DNA of 63,970 nucleotides, filler included, from Sanchytrium tribonematis (lineage: Eukaryota), in assembly GCA_018985235.1 (NCBI GenBank). It is 5 parts of 5 records of this genome, joined end to end, with 100 filler letters (N's around TTAATTAATTAA, not from the genome) between each part and the next. Parts side by side here need not be neighbours in the genome. Positions count along the whole stretch, not along the records: positions 1 to 13,323 come from JADGIG010000191.1; 4 more parts are not named here. One strand, written 5' to 3'. Shown here piece after piece: positions 1-11,920 of this stretch; position 1 is the first letter of the stretch; each line of letters starts with the position of its first letter. The notes below the pieces were generated by a model. That model was not told the DNA's origin and ran no database searches. It saw only the letters and a list, made by a program, of their open reading frames with translations. Both the position numbers and the translations under genes were made by a program.

Positions 1-1
1 T

Positions 2-424
2 TACTGATTTTGGTACTTTTTGCAAATTGTATTTTGATTTCCAAGCAGATGGCAACACAGCAAATGACCCATATCCTTCTGTATAGAAAAAAGTGAAAAA
101 TGCTGTTTGCATGGAATTGTTGTACACGTCATTTGCAATACAATTTGGTCCATGTTTCACACCTTGTTTCTCAACAAAAGCAGCCTTGATCATTAGATAA
201 TGGCATTTCAATTTAATCATATAATTCAATAAAGTGTTAGTCATGTAGTCCATTTTATCCCCATTTTCATGACATTTAAGAAGATCAACACATTCACTAG
301 ACAACACTTCAAATGAGTTTAACATGGTTTCATTGCCATTATCTGTCATATCAATAATAGAATGCTGAAGAAGAACAACAATAGCACAAGTGTTTTGAGC
401 AGGATCGCATCCGATGATGATCAT
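2..424 (-). CDS. RuvC-like / poxvirus A22 / Ydc2-type Holliday junction resolvase, 3'-truncated by the window edge
   Basis: Manual translation (absent from ORF track): MIIIGCDPAQNTCAIVV...AAFVEKQG...AVLPSAWKSKY. It shows the N-terminal hhxhDP motif, the hhExQ motif and the PxxWK motif. 141 codons without a stop, with an in-frame TAA just before the ATG. Confidence 0.7.
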   Translation of the reverse strand, partial: MIIIGCDPAQNTCAIVVLLQHSIIDMTDNGNETMLNSFEVLSSECVDLLKCHENGDKMDYMTNTLLNYMIKLKCHYLMIKAAFVEKQGVKHGPNCIANDVYNNSMQTAFFTFFYTEGYGSFAVLPSAWKSKYNLQKVPKSV

Positions 425-2509
425 TTATTTATGAGAGCGAAGCTCGAATCTTAAGTAAAACGGGGGACACAATCATTGGTCGGTTGAACAGATCGTTTTA
501 TCTGATTTATCCAAACATAAAGTGTTAATAAATAACGTAATTTATGCCTTTTTTGGGTGAAAAGTAGTGAACCGTTGATAAAAGAAGTTTAAATTTTGGG
601 ACATTTGCAATTTTGACAATTCAACTAATAGATGCTGTACCTTTTCACATACATGGGAGAACACAAAGCACACAATCCGATAGTAAGCCAAAACAAATCC
701 AACACTAAATTTCATAGTTTTTGCAAAGAATTTACCACATTAATCTCTGAGTCTTCTTGGGGTTTGTAGAATCTGTACTATTGAAATGTATCTCATATGA
801 TTGGATGCCAAAATTCAAACAATTGAAGATTTTGGACTTTTAAATGCGATTATCTTCAACGAAACAGCAATGTTCACCTTTACAATCAAAATTCTGTCGA
901 TTTTAAATTGGAAATTCAACTGCCGCAACGGCAAATATCGATTCTATCGTATCTTACCGAGTACTGAGTTTTGAAATGATTTAAGATGGAATTAAAATGA
1001 CATAAGAAATTATCATCTGGTTGCGAGATCCAATGATATTGCGTTTCCATTTTCCAATAACATTTTTTCTCTAAAACATCTTTTTTACATTCGAATCTAT
1101 TATTAATGATCTAGAATTGAAACAAAACATGTATCAGTTTCATTACCATCACTAATCATGGACATTTTGAGGGATTGACCATTTGAAGCTTCATTAATTG
1201 CTGACATTCATAATATTTTCCTGTAAATGTACCAAAGAACTTTGTTTAGGTATGCTTAGAATATAATCTATTAATAACTGAAATTTCTACTATTTTTTGC
1301 CCAAAAAGCCTCATGATCTGTTCAAATATCATTTGTAAACAGGTAAATGTGATATTTGGGTTTGGGGTTTTGGTAAATAAAATACTGAAATTTGGTGATT
1401 TTTTCCAGATATTTTTTCGCAATAAATCGACAATCTGGTGCACTCAGAACTCAGAAATAAATACACATACTTTTAATACTTTTTCGCTCAATATTTATTC
1501 GATTTTACACTGTCATTGCTATTAAAATTTCATATTCACAAACAAATTTTGCTGCCACATTCCCATAAATATCAAAATAGATGCTAATTCACCATATTTT
1601 GCTCAAATAAATATTTATCTTGATAAAAAATCACATTTAGTTGTTTAGATCAAGCTAGTTAGCGATCTCTTTACTTTGTATGAGCGTTTAATGTGGCTTC
1701 TTATTAAAATAAATTTTTAAAACAAATATATTTACAAGAAAAACTTTCTAAACAACTAATCAACAATACCACGTATAAAACATGACTCTAAATTTACATT
1801 AAAATGCTTATAATTTCATTAGGTTATTTATTAAGTAAATCACAAGTGAAAAGAAAAAACTAAGAAAAAGTTCCAACAAAAAACTACGTTATGTTTAATC
1901 AATTATGATGCTTGAATTATGTCAGTTTTAACAAATCCACTGACCAACCACGATCTACAAAAGATATTTAATAAATGCTTCAAAGGAGAGAATCCTCGAA
2001 ACTATAGTCAGCATCATTTGAGCGCAATAGATTCCAGTTATTTGTCTGATTTTATTATTGCAATTTTCATTACACGGTTTATTTGCAAACCATATTTAGG
2101 AATGAATTGCTAAATAAGATTGAAAGTGAGTGCATTTTCATTTAAATATATCAAATATATACAGAGTATAAGATGAGTGATGTTATTATGACTTGAACAT
2201 TCATATACATAATCTGTTAGTAAATTTTAAAAATGTTGCCTTTTTATACAGTACAATCCTCTTATTTTAGCATTCTTGACAGAATCCTTTGTATAAATGG
2301 TATTTGTCTAGCTGCTCTTGAAGAATTTGGGGATTAAGTATGTCATATTCCTGTGCCTTTTGTATGACTAGATCTTTTTAGCATCTAAAACTGCTTTTAG
2401 TTGTCTTTGTGTGGTGGAGATAGAATGCATGATTCCCGTGTTTATTGAATTGCGCCTGTAAATAAATAACTTGTGAATATGATTTTTTGACTCAGCCATC
2501 TACGTAGAT

Positions 2510-4203
2510 CTAATCCCATAAGTCAAAGCAAAAGAACAGTACTAGAATATACCCATTTGGCTCTGTTGTTTCAAAGATTATCGAACAGCAGTGGCATGAT
2601 TCAGATGATGTTTCGTGCAGTAATCTTGCAGTTAATTGTACATTTCTAATGCTTTCTAAATAAAATTGAATTACATTGCCATAAAATTCGTATGAAATTG
2701 AGAGTAAATCATCTTTGATCACTCGTTTTTGGTCATCATTGATGCCATTTATTCTGGCTAAATTTACGGCATTTAATATTTATTTCAAACGTATCGAATA
2801 TACTTTGTTGTATTTACATTCTGGTAAAATTAGCATTTTTTAATGATCCAATCTAATCATGTCTTTAAATCGTTTTATTTATATTGATTCCTCTTTTCAT
2901 AGTACTTATAAAAGGTGTATTCCTCTTCCAATTCCATTGGAACCATTTTGTATTGATGGCATGTGCATGTTGGCGTATCCAATTATGATACTTTTTAATG
3001 TAAATGAGTTGGTGAGCTCCGAATAAATGATAGAGAGAGAATGCATCATTCTAGGGGAAAAGAGAAAACATGTCCATCGATTTTGACATCATGGCAAACA
3101 GTACTGTTTGAATTAATTCGACTTATATTATTGATGCCTGTTTTTATATATACACATTGAAGATCAACTTCGTGTGTAAACCGAAATTTGTTTTGCGAAT
3201 ACCTTAGCAAGCGGATACCTTTCTTCATTCATTTGATACTCTGTCAAATGCATTTTATCAGGATTGTGATTTTCCACTAGCGATCTGAGTTCTGTTTCAA
3301 GGCTCCCATTTCGATTTCCACGGCAATTGTAGGAAATAATATCAAAATTATGAATTTGATCTGCCACAAGGTAGTCTGTCAGGATATCACCATTACCACC
3401 TCTTATCCTGACTTGAATTTCTATATTTGTTGTCCATTAATCAATAATAAATTCATCAGTAATCAATTTTGATCCATTTAGAATTTTGGATTCCATCCAG
3501 TTAATGTTTGATATTCTATCATTTATAAAGTTTCGGACATCTGTCAGTTTACAATGCTTGTGGTAATAAAAAGGGTATGTTTTTCCAGTATCCATCTTGA
3601 TCCAGAGAAGATTTTCTAGTTGCTTTTTAGTTTGAAGATGTAGAATAGGTAGATTCATTTTTGATATGATTAGTGTCTGAAGAGAATCTTTTGCGCTTTA
3701 AAGAAGGGGACCATAGTAAATCATCATTAATTGATTTGGTTTTGAATCTCCTCTTCTCTAAATTAGATTTGAAATACGCGTCCAATTCAACAGAATATTC
3801 AACAGTGAGCTCAACAATCTGCTCTTTTGGGATATTTGCTAGAATGCAATCTACTTCAATAGGTTCTCGTTCTCCACTTGGTAGAATGATGTAAATGCTC
3901 TTTATATTTGGCGAGGTGATTTCGGGTGGAATTTTACACTCAATCATCGTTTTCAAGATGCTTTCATTTAAGGATACGGATATCCTCAAAATTGTCCAAA
4001 TTTTGGTCATTATAATCAATAGGGGAAGGCAAATCTGTTTCAGCGTCTTTCAACAAAATATCGTTACTAAAGATGTCAGAGTTACGTATAACAATATTGT
4101 TTGCTTTGTTTTTATCAGTTCTATCTCTAAGATTGTGTGTATTGCCAGATGTTTTTTCAAGCGCGTTTTTATGCTCTTGAAGGGCATTTGAAGAACTAGT
4201 CAT
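2510..4203 (-). mobile_element. Degenerate non-LTR retrotransposon 1: ORF1-like region, ubiquitin-like domain, APE endonuclease and possible C-terminal zinc-finger remnant
   Basis: IISYNCRG...NPDKMHLTE (APE start), SIIIGYAN (GDFN-like) and RLDH. UBL at 3395-3613 ends RIRGG. CHCC..ET at 2510-2722 resembles the LINE C-terminal Zn motif. Many stops and frameshifts; no RT seen. Confidence 0.65.
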
Positions 4204-4563
4204 GGGAATTTAGACTCCATGCGTTTCATACAGTTTAGTGAATACAGTTAATTCGTATATGGGGATCCAGCCTATCAAGTGGGTCAATTTATAATTTCTC
4301 CATATAAGGGCACAAAAAAAACCAGAGCAATGGCATTATTTTATACATGCATGTCATCATTCAGAATATGTGTAGAATGGGGATTTGGTAAGGTGGTAAT
4401 GGACTGGGCATTTCTTGATTTTTACAAAAATCTAAATATAAACAACCAGTGGCTAAATTGTATACTGCTGGAGTGCTGTTATCAAAAATTAGATCATGCT
4501 GCTACAATAATCAAAGATTTTAAGCATTTGGTATTCCTGTTCCGTCAATTCATTCTTATTTAA
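4202..4563 (+). mobile_element. PIF/Harbinger transposase (DDE_Tnp_4) C-terminal fragment
   Basis: YGDPAY..ISPY..MSSFRICVEWGFG..WAFLDF motifs; disrupted. Confidence 0.85.
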
Positions 4564-4604
4564 ATAAATAATTTATTTATTTACCAATTTTTCATTTTAA
4601 ATGA

Positions 4605-4925
4605 CTACCACATGTCTCTCATCAATGCATTTTCTTGCTCTTTATTGATGGCATTCTTTACATCTACTTCCACTTTCTTTTCTTCAATCAAGATTCGTTT
4701 TTCATCCAATTCAAGTCTTTTTTCTTTAATTGCAACTTTTTTCTCGATTTCTCCCAAAGTGGTCAGGTCAAAAATATCTCTACCGTATTTGGCCGGATGG
4801 AACGGTACCATTCTATTCATCATTTTGATAATCAGATACCATTGTAATAGGGTATACCGCCTTATTAGAACAGTGTCCACTTGGAGTCGACGCGATGGAT
4901 CATGAAAAAATTGACTTTGTCCCAT
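4605..4925 (-). mobile_element. Probable Harbinger second-ORF remnant (coiled-coil tail)
   Basis: EKRLELDEKRILIEEKK charged coiled coil, convergent with the transposase as is typical for Harbinger elements. Confidence 0.45.
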
Positions 4926-5184
4926 TGGGTCAAAATTTGACTATAGATGAGCAAAGCAACCGGAAATTAGGTCTCAGAAAGACTACAAGGAACTATTGCA
5001 AATCAACTCGAATATTTCAAGTAATGCGCTTCCAGAGCTAATGTTTGATAAAACAATTAATAACCCTGACAATGATACAAGTAGACCCAAATCTTTTGAT
5101 GTTACCGTTATAAAATAAAAAGTAAGAACTAGATACATAGATGATGTTAAAAGCAACCCATCTTTACATTCTCTCCTTTTAAAG

Positions 5185-7311
5185 TTGAAACAAATTCATT
5201 TCACTTTTAGTTGTAAAAATGTTATGCATTCTGAGCCTGCTACCATTGAAAGCTCTATTGTTGACCAATCAATTATTCATATTGGCTGCACAGCTGATTT
5301 TCGTTTGCCAGAGTTCCATATAAAGAATGATGTAAAGCTATGTAATTGGATAGCACGTATGTCCTTTTTGGATGTTTCAACAGAGTCATGGAATCAAATA
5401 ATTTCACCAATGGAAGCAAAATGGCAAGCACTATCTATTAATGACACCTTTAAAACGAATAATGGCAAATAAAAATGTGTTACAGGCGTAAAAGAAATTG
5501 ATGATATATTTGGTGTTGTAATTAGACATTGCCGTTCCAATCAGTTTCAAATTAAAGTCCCAATCATCCCCAAATTGATTGACTTGATTGATTCAAAAGA
5601 ATTAGAAAATGTTTTAGATGGTAAACATTTCGGAAAAATTCATTTATTTAATCTCATCTTCACAGATGACATTTGGAATCATAAAAATCAATTGAAAGAT
5701 CTATTTATGAAGTGCAAAGTCAATGTGCCTTTCTTCAGACAGTTAAAGCACCGCGAAACAAAGGAAAAAATTTTTATTGATGACAATTGACAGAGAATTA
5801 AAGAATTCTGCAAATTGGGTGCAATCTACACAAATGCTAATGAATGTCAAAATCAATCAAATCGATTCAAAAGATTGCACCAAGTTTATACACTTTGAAT
5901 CCCCCAATTTTATGACCTTTGATGGACATCTTCTACAGATTCACAGTATTGCTAAACAAAAAGAATGCCACCAATTAGTGGTCTCAAAAATAGTTGCTTT
6001 TCAACTATTTGATTACATTACACATCTGACGATTGGATTTTATTTAAATACTTTTCGAAAGCAATTGCAACATATAAAGAATGAAATTATGCGCAAAATT
6101 ATTGCAAATACTAAAATTCTTTCCGTCGTCTCCACTGGAATTAGAACCAATACTGCAATTGACCGAGACTCCCCTGATATCCCAATGGCACCCTAGAAGT
6201 ACCTAAAGAGTTTGCAATCACATTGATGCTTTACAGCGATTTGAGTGATCAAGCATTCAGCTGAACTGTCTGAACTGTCCCTCTTACTGTCAAAAGCTCT
6301 ATCTCTACTTTAAAAAATGTCTTAAGTGACAAATTACCAATTTCTAAAGAATTACTTCAAATGGACGCATTATAGTGACTGAAAATTGTGTAATGTCTAA
6401 AGTGATTGAAAGTCAATTATTTAAAGTGACTCTGGTCTGCTCTGTAGAATATATCTGGTTAATCTGTTCTCATTTAGAGGTGAAGAGATGGAGGAAGATG
6501 CAGAGAACTACAAAATAAATTGATTCCTTCATCTCTATCACCTCTGGGGTTTAAATTGATTCCTCCATCTCTATCACCTCTGGGGGTTTAAATTGATTCC
6601 TTCATCTCTATCACCTCTGGGGTTTAAATTGATTCCTCCATCTCTATCACCTCTGGGGGTTTAAATTGATTCCTTCATCTCTATCACCTCTTAGAAATAC
6701 ACCAATCATTTCCCCAGCAAGCAAAAGAATTAAATATTATCCCATAAAAAAGAGACAGATTTTTGTCACAACGCCAAATCCCTTGTTCTACAGATTAATT
6801 ATGAAATCACTCTTGAACAACTAATCAACCAACAGAAATTATACTGTCATTACTTTCCATACTCGCTTTATAAATACATGACAAATTAATCTTGTCTTTA
6901 CCCTTAGAAAGTAATTGACTCCATGTTTAATCATATTACAATTTCCAAAAGATTAGAAGGAGGTAGTGCTGTACATGAGTCAGATCAAAACATTTCCACT
7001 GATTGCACATTTGCTGACTCTCTTGGTGTTTTGGAGATCATTCAAGGATACATTCCTCCCTAAATTCCGACCATTATCCAATACTATTTCGATTGCTTTT
7101 AACAAATTCTATATCAATACTACGTCAAATTAATTGGAATACACTTCGCTTCGATCGACATGACCGTGAAAAGGTTGTAAACTATCTAGAAACTAAATTT
7201 GGCGAAATCCTTCTTCATTCAACCGATATGACCAGTGATGAACTATTTAGACACTTTTCGTTTGTCACATTCAGTGTTGGGGCCAAAAATTCTTCCAAAT
7301 TTAAGTTTTAA
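5185..7311 (+). mobile_element. Degenerate non-LTR retrotransposon 2: broken upstream ORF, ubiquitin-like domain and APE C-terminus
   Basis: Broken long frame at 5185-6196 (membership inferred). UBL at 6756-6964 (RQIFVTTP/KSLVLQINYEITLEQL...NHITISKRLEGG). NSDHYPILFRL at 7063-7095 is the APE terminal SDH motif. Confidence 0.55.
6516..6691 (+). repeat. Tandem repeat, about 4.8 units alternating 36 and 37 bp
   Basis: TAAATTGATTCCT(T/C)CATCTCTATCACCTCTGGGG(G)TT starting at 6516, 6552, 6589, 6625 and 6662; no spacers. Confidence 0.95.
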
Positions 7312-7315
7312 CAAT

Positions 7316-7484
7316 TGAAAAGAATAAGCTAAAAGGTAAGGTATTTATTAATATCGAGTTTCCTTAAATAGATGGTGCAAGTAACTGCTTGTCACCATCT
7401 CTCCAATAAACAATTGTATCATTCCAATCAATTGTGTCGACGTAATTAACGACATTATCGTCATCGTTAATATCATCCATAACA
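7316..7484 (-). repeat. Putative 3' LTR of the gypsy relic
   Basis: Purine-rich GAGGGACACGA followed by TGTTA right after the integrase end, with an internal AATAAA. The CA end is tentative and no second LTR was found. Confidence 0.3.
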
Positions 7485-8280
7485 TCGTGTCCCTCAGTGG
7501 AATCTTTATAATATGGCATAATTCTTCGAATATTCACAGATTCCACTTCTCCATTTTCCTTTTCAATTTTAACACATTTCGACTTTTCAATTCAATAATT
7601 TTATAGGGTCAAAACCATCACTTAGAGAATTTGGTCTTTTTAATTGGATTTTTCAATAAAACCAAATTTCCAACATTGTACTTGTGATCAATTCTGTTTG
7701 CATTTTCTTGATTTAAATTGTACAATTTCAATTTCTTATTATCAACATTTTTCTTAGTTATTGGCAAAGAGGGTAAAACCATATCCATTCCAAACACTGC
7801 ATTTCCTGGCGTGGTGCCTATACTTGAATGGTAACTAGATCTCATAATCCAGCTAATGGCTGGTAAATGTAGATGCCAATTAGTCAACCCCTTTGTCCTT
7901 AAATGTTCATTTACAAATCCATGACTTCTTTCACAAATTGAGTTGTATTGGGGATTGCAGCTTGTGGTGTACATGTGACTTATCTCAAAACTTTTCAACA
8001 ATTCTTCAAATTCATTCCCTAAAAAGTTGGAACCTTGATCTGTGATGACAAACTTCGGGCGAGGGTATTTGCAAATCCAATTCTGATCAAACATTTTAGC
8101 AACAGTTTTCCCAGTAGTCTCTTTAAGCGTGATGAGTTCTACTAGTTTAATTTTAATGTCTATAATGCTCAAAATATACTTGAATTCATTTCCATCTGCA
8201 TTTTCAATGTCTTCTTCTGTCAAATCTTCATCACTTATAATTGAACCAATGATATCATAAGCAACTACTTGTAAATTGCC
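7485..8280 (-). mobile_element. Ty3/gypsy-type integrase (rve) relic
   Basis: VAYDIIG (D1), ITDQGSNF (D2), NSICERSH (E), TPGNAVFG and a degenerate GPY module with stops. Confidence 0.85.
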
Positions 8281-8569
8281 GATATTTTTATCAATATCCC
8301 CTAATGGGGTTTTTTGGATTGTTGCAATAACATCAAGTTTTGTATTCTAATCGATAAAAAACTATAGTAAAAAAAAGGTGAAGCAATTACTTGATATTTT
8401 AACGGTATGATAGTAATGGCTATCTACACTAACTGGGATATATCCTCAATGTCAGATAAAGTCCCCCGTGCGGGACTTGAGTGAGTAATTACGAAAGTAT
8501 ACTCAACTCCCCCCCCATATTTTCAGAATGTCAATAACTAATTACTTAATTCATATATTTATTTTATTT

Positions 8570-9030
8570 TCACCAGTTAAAATTAATGGTTTCTTGTGAT
8601 TCAAATCGAGGAACATTTACATCAAAAATTTTCTCATCTTCATCAAATTGTGCAGTTTCAAACTCTTCTGCAGTCATTGAGTATGTTGTTCCATTTAATA
8701 ATGCATTTACAACATTAGACCAAACTGAAATGTGCTCAAATGATGCAATAAACTGTTTTTTCAATAATCTCAGGAGTCACTTTTGCCCATTCACAGGCAA
8801 TCCAGTCTCTTAATTTTACAATTCCTGGTTTTTGGAAGACTTTTGGTTTGTTTCGGTTTGCTTGAAATTCATCAACTTGTTCCTCATAGAAGTTTAAAAT
8901 TGATTTTCGAATTCTTGCTTTAAAACTCTTAATCAAACCAACTTCTGCAAGTTGACAATAACCTATTGTTCCTGCTGGAACTTTAATAACTTCAATTTTC
9001 TTATTCTGGAAGTATGATTCAATTTCTGAT
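8570..9030 (-). mobile_element. pogo/Tigger DDE_1 transposase C-terminal fragment
   Basis: VPAGTIGYCQLAEVGLIKSFKARIR (PxxxTxxxQPLDVG..K.FK-like) and W..VTPEII; frameshifted. Confidence 0.75.
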
Positions 9031-9031
9031 C

Positions 9032-9218
9032 TAAGGTTACAACATCTAGTAACTAGTATTAGTAATTAATTGACTTTTTCAGAATTTAGAAAACTGGTTA
9101 CTAGATATTTACGTCAAAATACTACTTAATATCTAGTAACCAGTTACCATATATGAACAAATGAATTTTTAAAATCCATATAATTTTTTTTTTCTCACTC
9201 ACTAGCTTGTTAACCTTA
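9032..9218. mobile_element. MITE-like element with imperfect terminal inverted repeats and an internal 18-bp perfect inverted repeat
   Basis: TAAGGTTACAACATCTAGT (9032-9050) versus reverse complement TAAGGTTAACAAGCTAGT (9201-9218). Internal inverted repeat at 9092-9109/9128-9145. Abuts the truncation point of the pogo fragment. Confidence 0.45.
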
Positions 9219-9239
9219 TACATCATTTTTAACTTAAAT

Positions 9240-10397
9240 TTGTCATTTGATAATCTGTTGCTGTACTTGTGTTTGATATAAGTTGTAACTGAAACGATTG
9301 TTCATTGGCAATTGTCACACCACTAATAGAATCAAGCTTAATTTTTAATTTCAAAATTCTGGGAAATATTTCAAATATCAGATGAGACTAATATTACTAT
9401 ATCAGTTACTAGATAATATCTAGTATTTGATGTTTATTTATTTGAGAAACAAATCAATCTTGATTTATTTAGTTCAGTTCAAGAAAATATATTAGACAAT
9501 AGAATTACAGCATTTATGAATCATTTCAACCTGCATTAATTGTCTATAGGTGTTTGATGTAGTCATTGACTATTAAAAACCCCTTTAATAAATCTTCTTC
9601 TTCTTCTTTCGAATTGTAAACAGTACCGAAATTTCTCTATATCGATTAATTTTTGATGTAGTCGGAGTTTTGGGAACTTATTGTAATGTATCCAAATTGT
9701 TCCGGACAGTAGCCAGTATTCAACATTATTTGTAAAACATATTTTAGAATCGATCTCAAAGTATTGCCGTCATACTTAACAGCCTCATCAATGATATTGC
9801 CTGATGTTAATTTAGAAGTTGACATTTGATATTTTCAGTCGGTCCTTTAGGAATTTCAGATGCTTGATAGACTGATTGGGAATTTTTTGAGTATTTCCAT
9901 TTGGGAAGACCATGGATGTAGATAAAATGAAAGCCGATTTTATATTTTTGTTTGTGATTAATCTGATCTTGTTTCTCTTCATCAGTGGATTGATTACTTA
10001 TCACTTTTACAACTCACACTTTTACAATTCAGATATTTCTTTATCTGGAACATTCTCTTATGTTTCGTGATTTGCAATTGTTTTTGGGGATCTGTTTCTT
10101 CTTTTGTTGCAGTAGTTGATCTATAGGACTTAAATGAGGTTTGAAAATGGTGGTTTTCATTTCATTGATAGATTTTGGATGATTTTTATGTTGTTTATTA
10201 ATCTGATTGTTAATTTGAGATGATTTAATAGTAGTGGATGTCTTAAATGAATAATTTTGATTGTATTTTGTTGATTTGGTGAAAATATCAAACGATTTTA
10301 TGGTTTTTAAAATGGTTAAATGTTTAGTCATCCCTCCGTTGTTGAAGATTAAAAAACCTTCAATCCAAAAAAGAGTAATCAAGCGTAAAGCTTGCAA
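9240..10397 (-). mobile_element. Probable LINE ORF1 and start of ORF2, degenerate
   Basis: Low-complexity N/K/Q-rich ORF, then a GFHFIYIHG segment, then a decayed APE-start-like segment near 9450-9565. Weak. Confidence 0.3.
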
Positions 10398-10399
10398 TT

Positions 10400-11625
10400 A
10401 ATCTTGACAACGTTAAATCAACTGACGAACTCTCAATGGGTCAATACCAAGAAAACATTCATAAACATTTTGTATTTGTTAAGAAGTAATTTAAATTTTT
10501 TGCTAAAGGAAAATGAACAGAGCCTGATAAATCAACGATTTACAACGAGCTTTGAATGGGGCTGCACTAATGAGATTTATTTCTTTCGAACCTCAGCAAA
10601 CTTTGGTAAACGTCATGCAACTGATCAGTCCCGTTGTGAGATGCTTCATATATTTGGTCCTCATTCTTATTCCGGATTTACTCCAATCTTTTGGAATATG
10701 CCCAGCGAAGTATGAAACAAAAAAGAGATTATTTATTATAGATATGGAATTTGTTGGCAAATATTTAATTACCATTGCTGGAACTATATTACCACAGGCT
10801 TTTTTTGGACATTGATGTGCCTTAATTCAAATTTGATTTTTTTACGAGTAAAGAGTCTCGTAATATCCTGTTTTGTTTGTGCTTTTTCTTCCGTGGTCAA
10901 TACATGTTGATTACAATTATGTCTAGTATATTTAAAGTGATTGGCTTGATGTTCTATCACATCTTTGAGATTAGAAAAAAAGCATTTATTTTATTGGTGT
11001 TATTCTTTATTGTACACAACATTATTTGCAAGATCATTCAGTATTATAAGTTGTTCCTGATAGGTTTTTCTTTCAGCAAATTTGTTGTATTCTGTTGCTA
11101 ATTGTCTAATTTGACTTATTAGTAGCATTTTGCGACTTTTGGTAAATACTTCTTGAATATTTTTTTTGTTTAATCTTTATAAATTAACTAATATTTAGTG
11201 CGAGTAGAATGAGGAGAATGTGGCTTATTATTAATAATACCAAGAGTTGTTCTTTCTGCTGTTAAAATGCAGTTTTTAAATGTAGTATTTATTAGACCGG
11301 GATTTGAATCGTCAAGTAGAAGATCAGATTGTTTTGTAATTAAATCATGTAAAGCAACTCGGATTTTTTTGGAAAATGCATAAACTTTCAATTTCACAAT
11401 TAAGGAGTGGGGATTCAAATTTAATTGTTATTGGAAAGTGGTCACTTGTATAAATATCGTCATGATGTAATTATTTTCCTTAGTAATCGATGAAGGACTG
11501 TCATGACCATGTTTGCACTTGTAAAGAATCTCTATGAGATCCTCAATAAATTCATTTTGTACCAACTGAATGATTTGAAGTAATTTTTCCACCTTTAAGT
11601 CATGCTTTGTGGATGATAATATCAA
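10400..11625 (-). mobile_element. Degenerate non-LTR retrotransposon 3: APE end and RT N-terminus
   Basis: TSDHFPITIKF (SDH at 11438-11446) and KKACG...VIKYLP...NNLF...GHIPKDW (RT domain 0/1). Confidence 0.7.
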
Positions 11626-11762
11626 AACTTGTAGCCATCAAGTGGATGGGATAGAGAAAGTATTTATTAAAGAGCTTATTGCCTAATTTGCTAATTATTA
11701 GCTAACAATTTGCCAATATGGCTAAATAAGTATATTTGCATCCAATAGAGAATACAAAAAAG

Positions 11763-11920
11763 TTGTTTTGATTTAAATGAGAAGTGTAACTATTTTTTAA
11801 TTTATTTGGCATGTAAGAGGTGAAATTTGTTTTGATTTAAATGAGAAGTGTAATTCAAAATTTTCAAGATTCAAAGAACTATTTTTTGATTTATTCGGAA
11901 TGTAAGGGTTGAGATTTGGT
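11763..11920 (+). repeat. Short local duplications
   Basis: TTGTTTTGATTTAAATGAGAAGTGTAA exact at 11763 and 11827; the adjacent ~40-bp segment is imperfectly repeated near 11879. Confidence 0.8.

Noticed and set aside
2..424. Fanzor/TnpB nuclease
   Set aside because: The ORF starts at the RuvC-I motif with a stop immediately upstream; no REC/WED region or zinc finger is visible.
6516..6691. CRISPR array (36-37-bp repeats)
   Set aside because: Units are directly adjacent with no unique spacers, there are no cas genes, and the context is eukaryotic.
8459..8478. Helitron 3' hairpin (AAGTCCC-6nt-GGGACTT)
   Set aside because: The hairpin is real, but there is no CTRR terminus at the expected distance and no Rep/helicase remnant.
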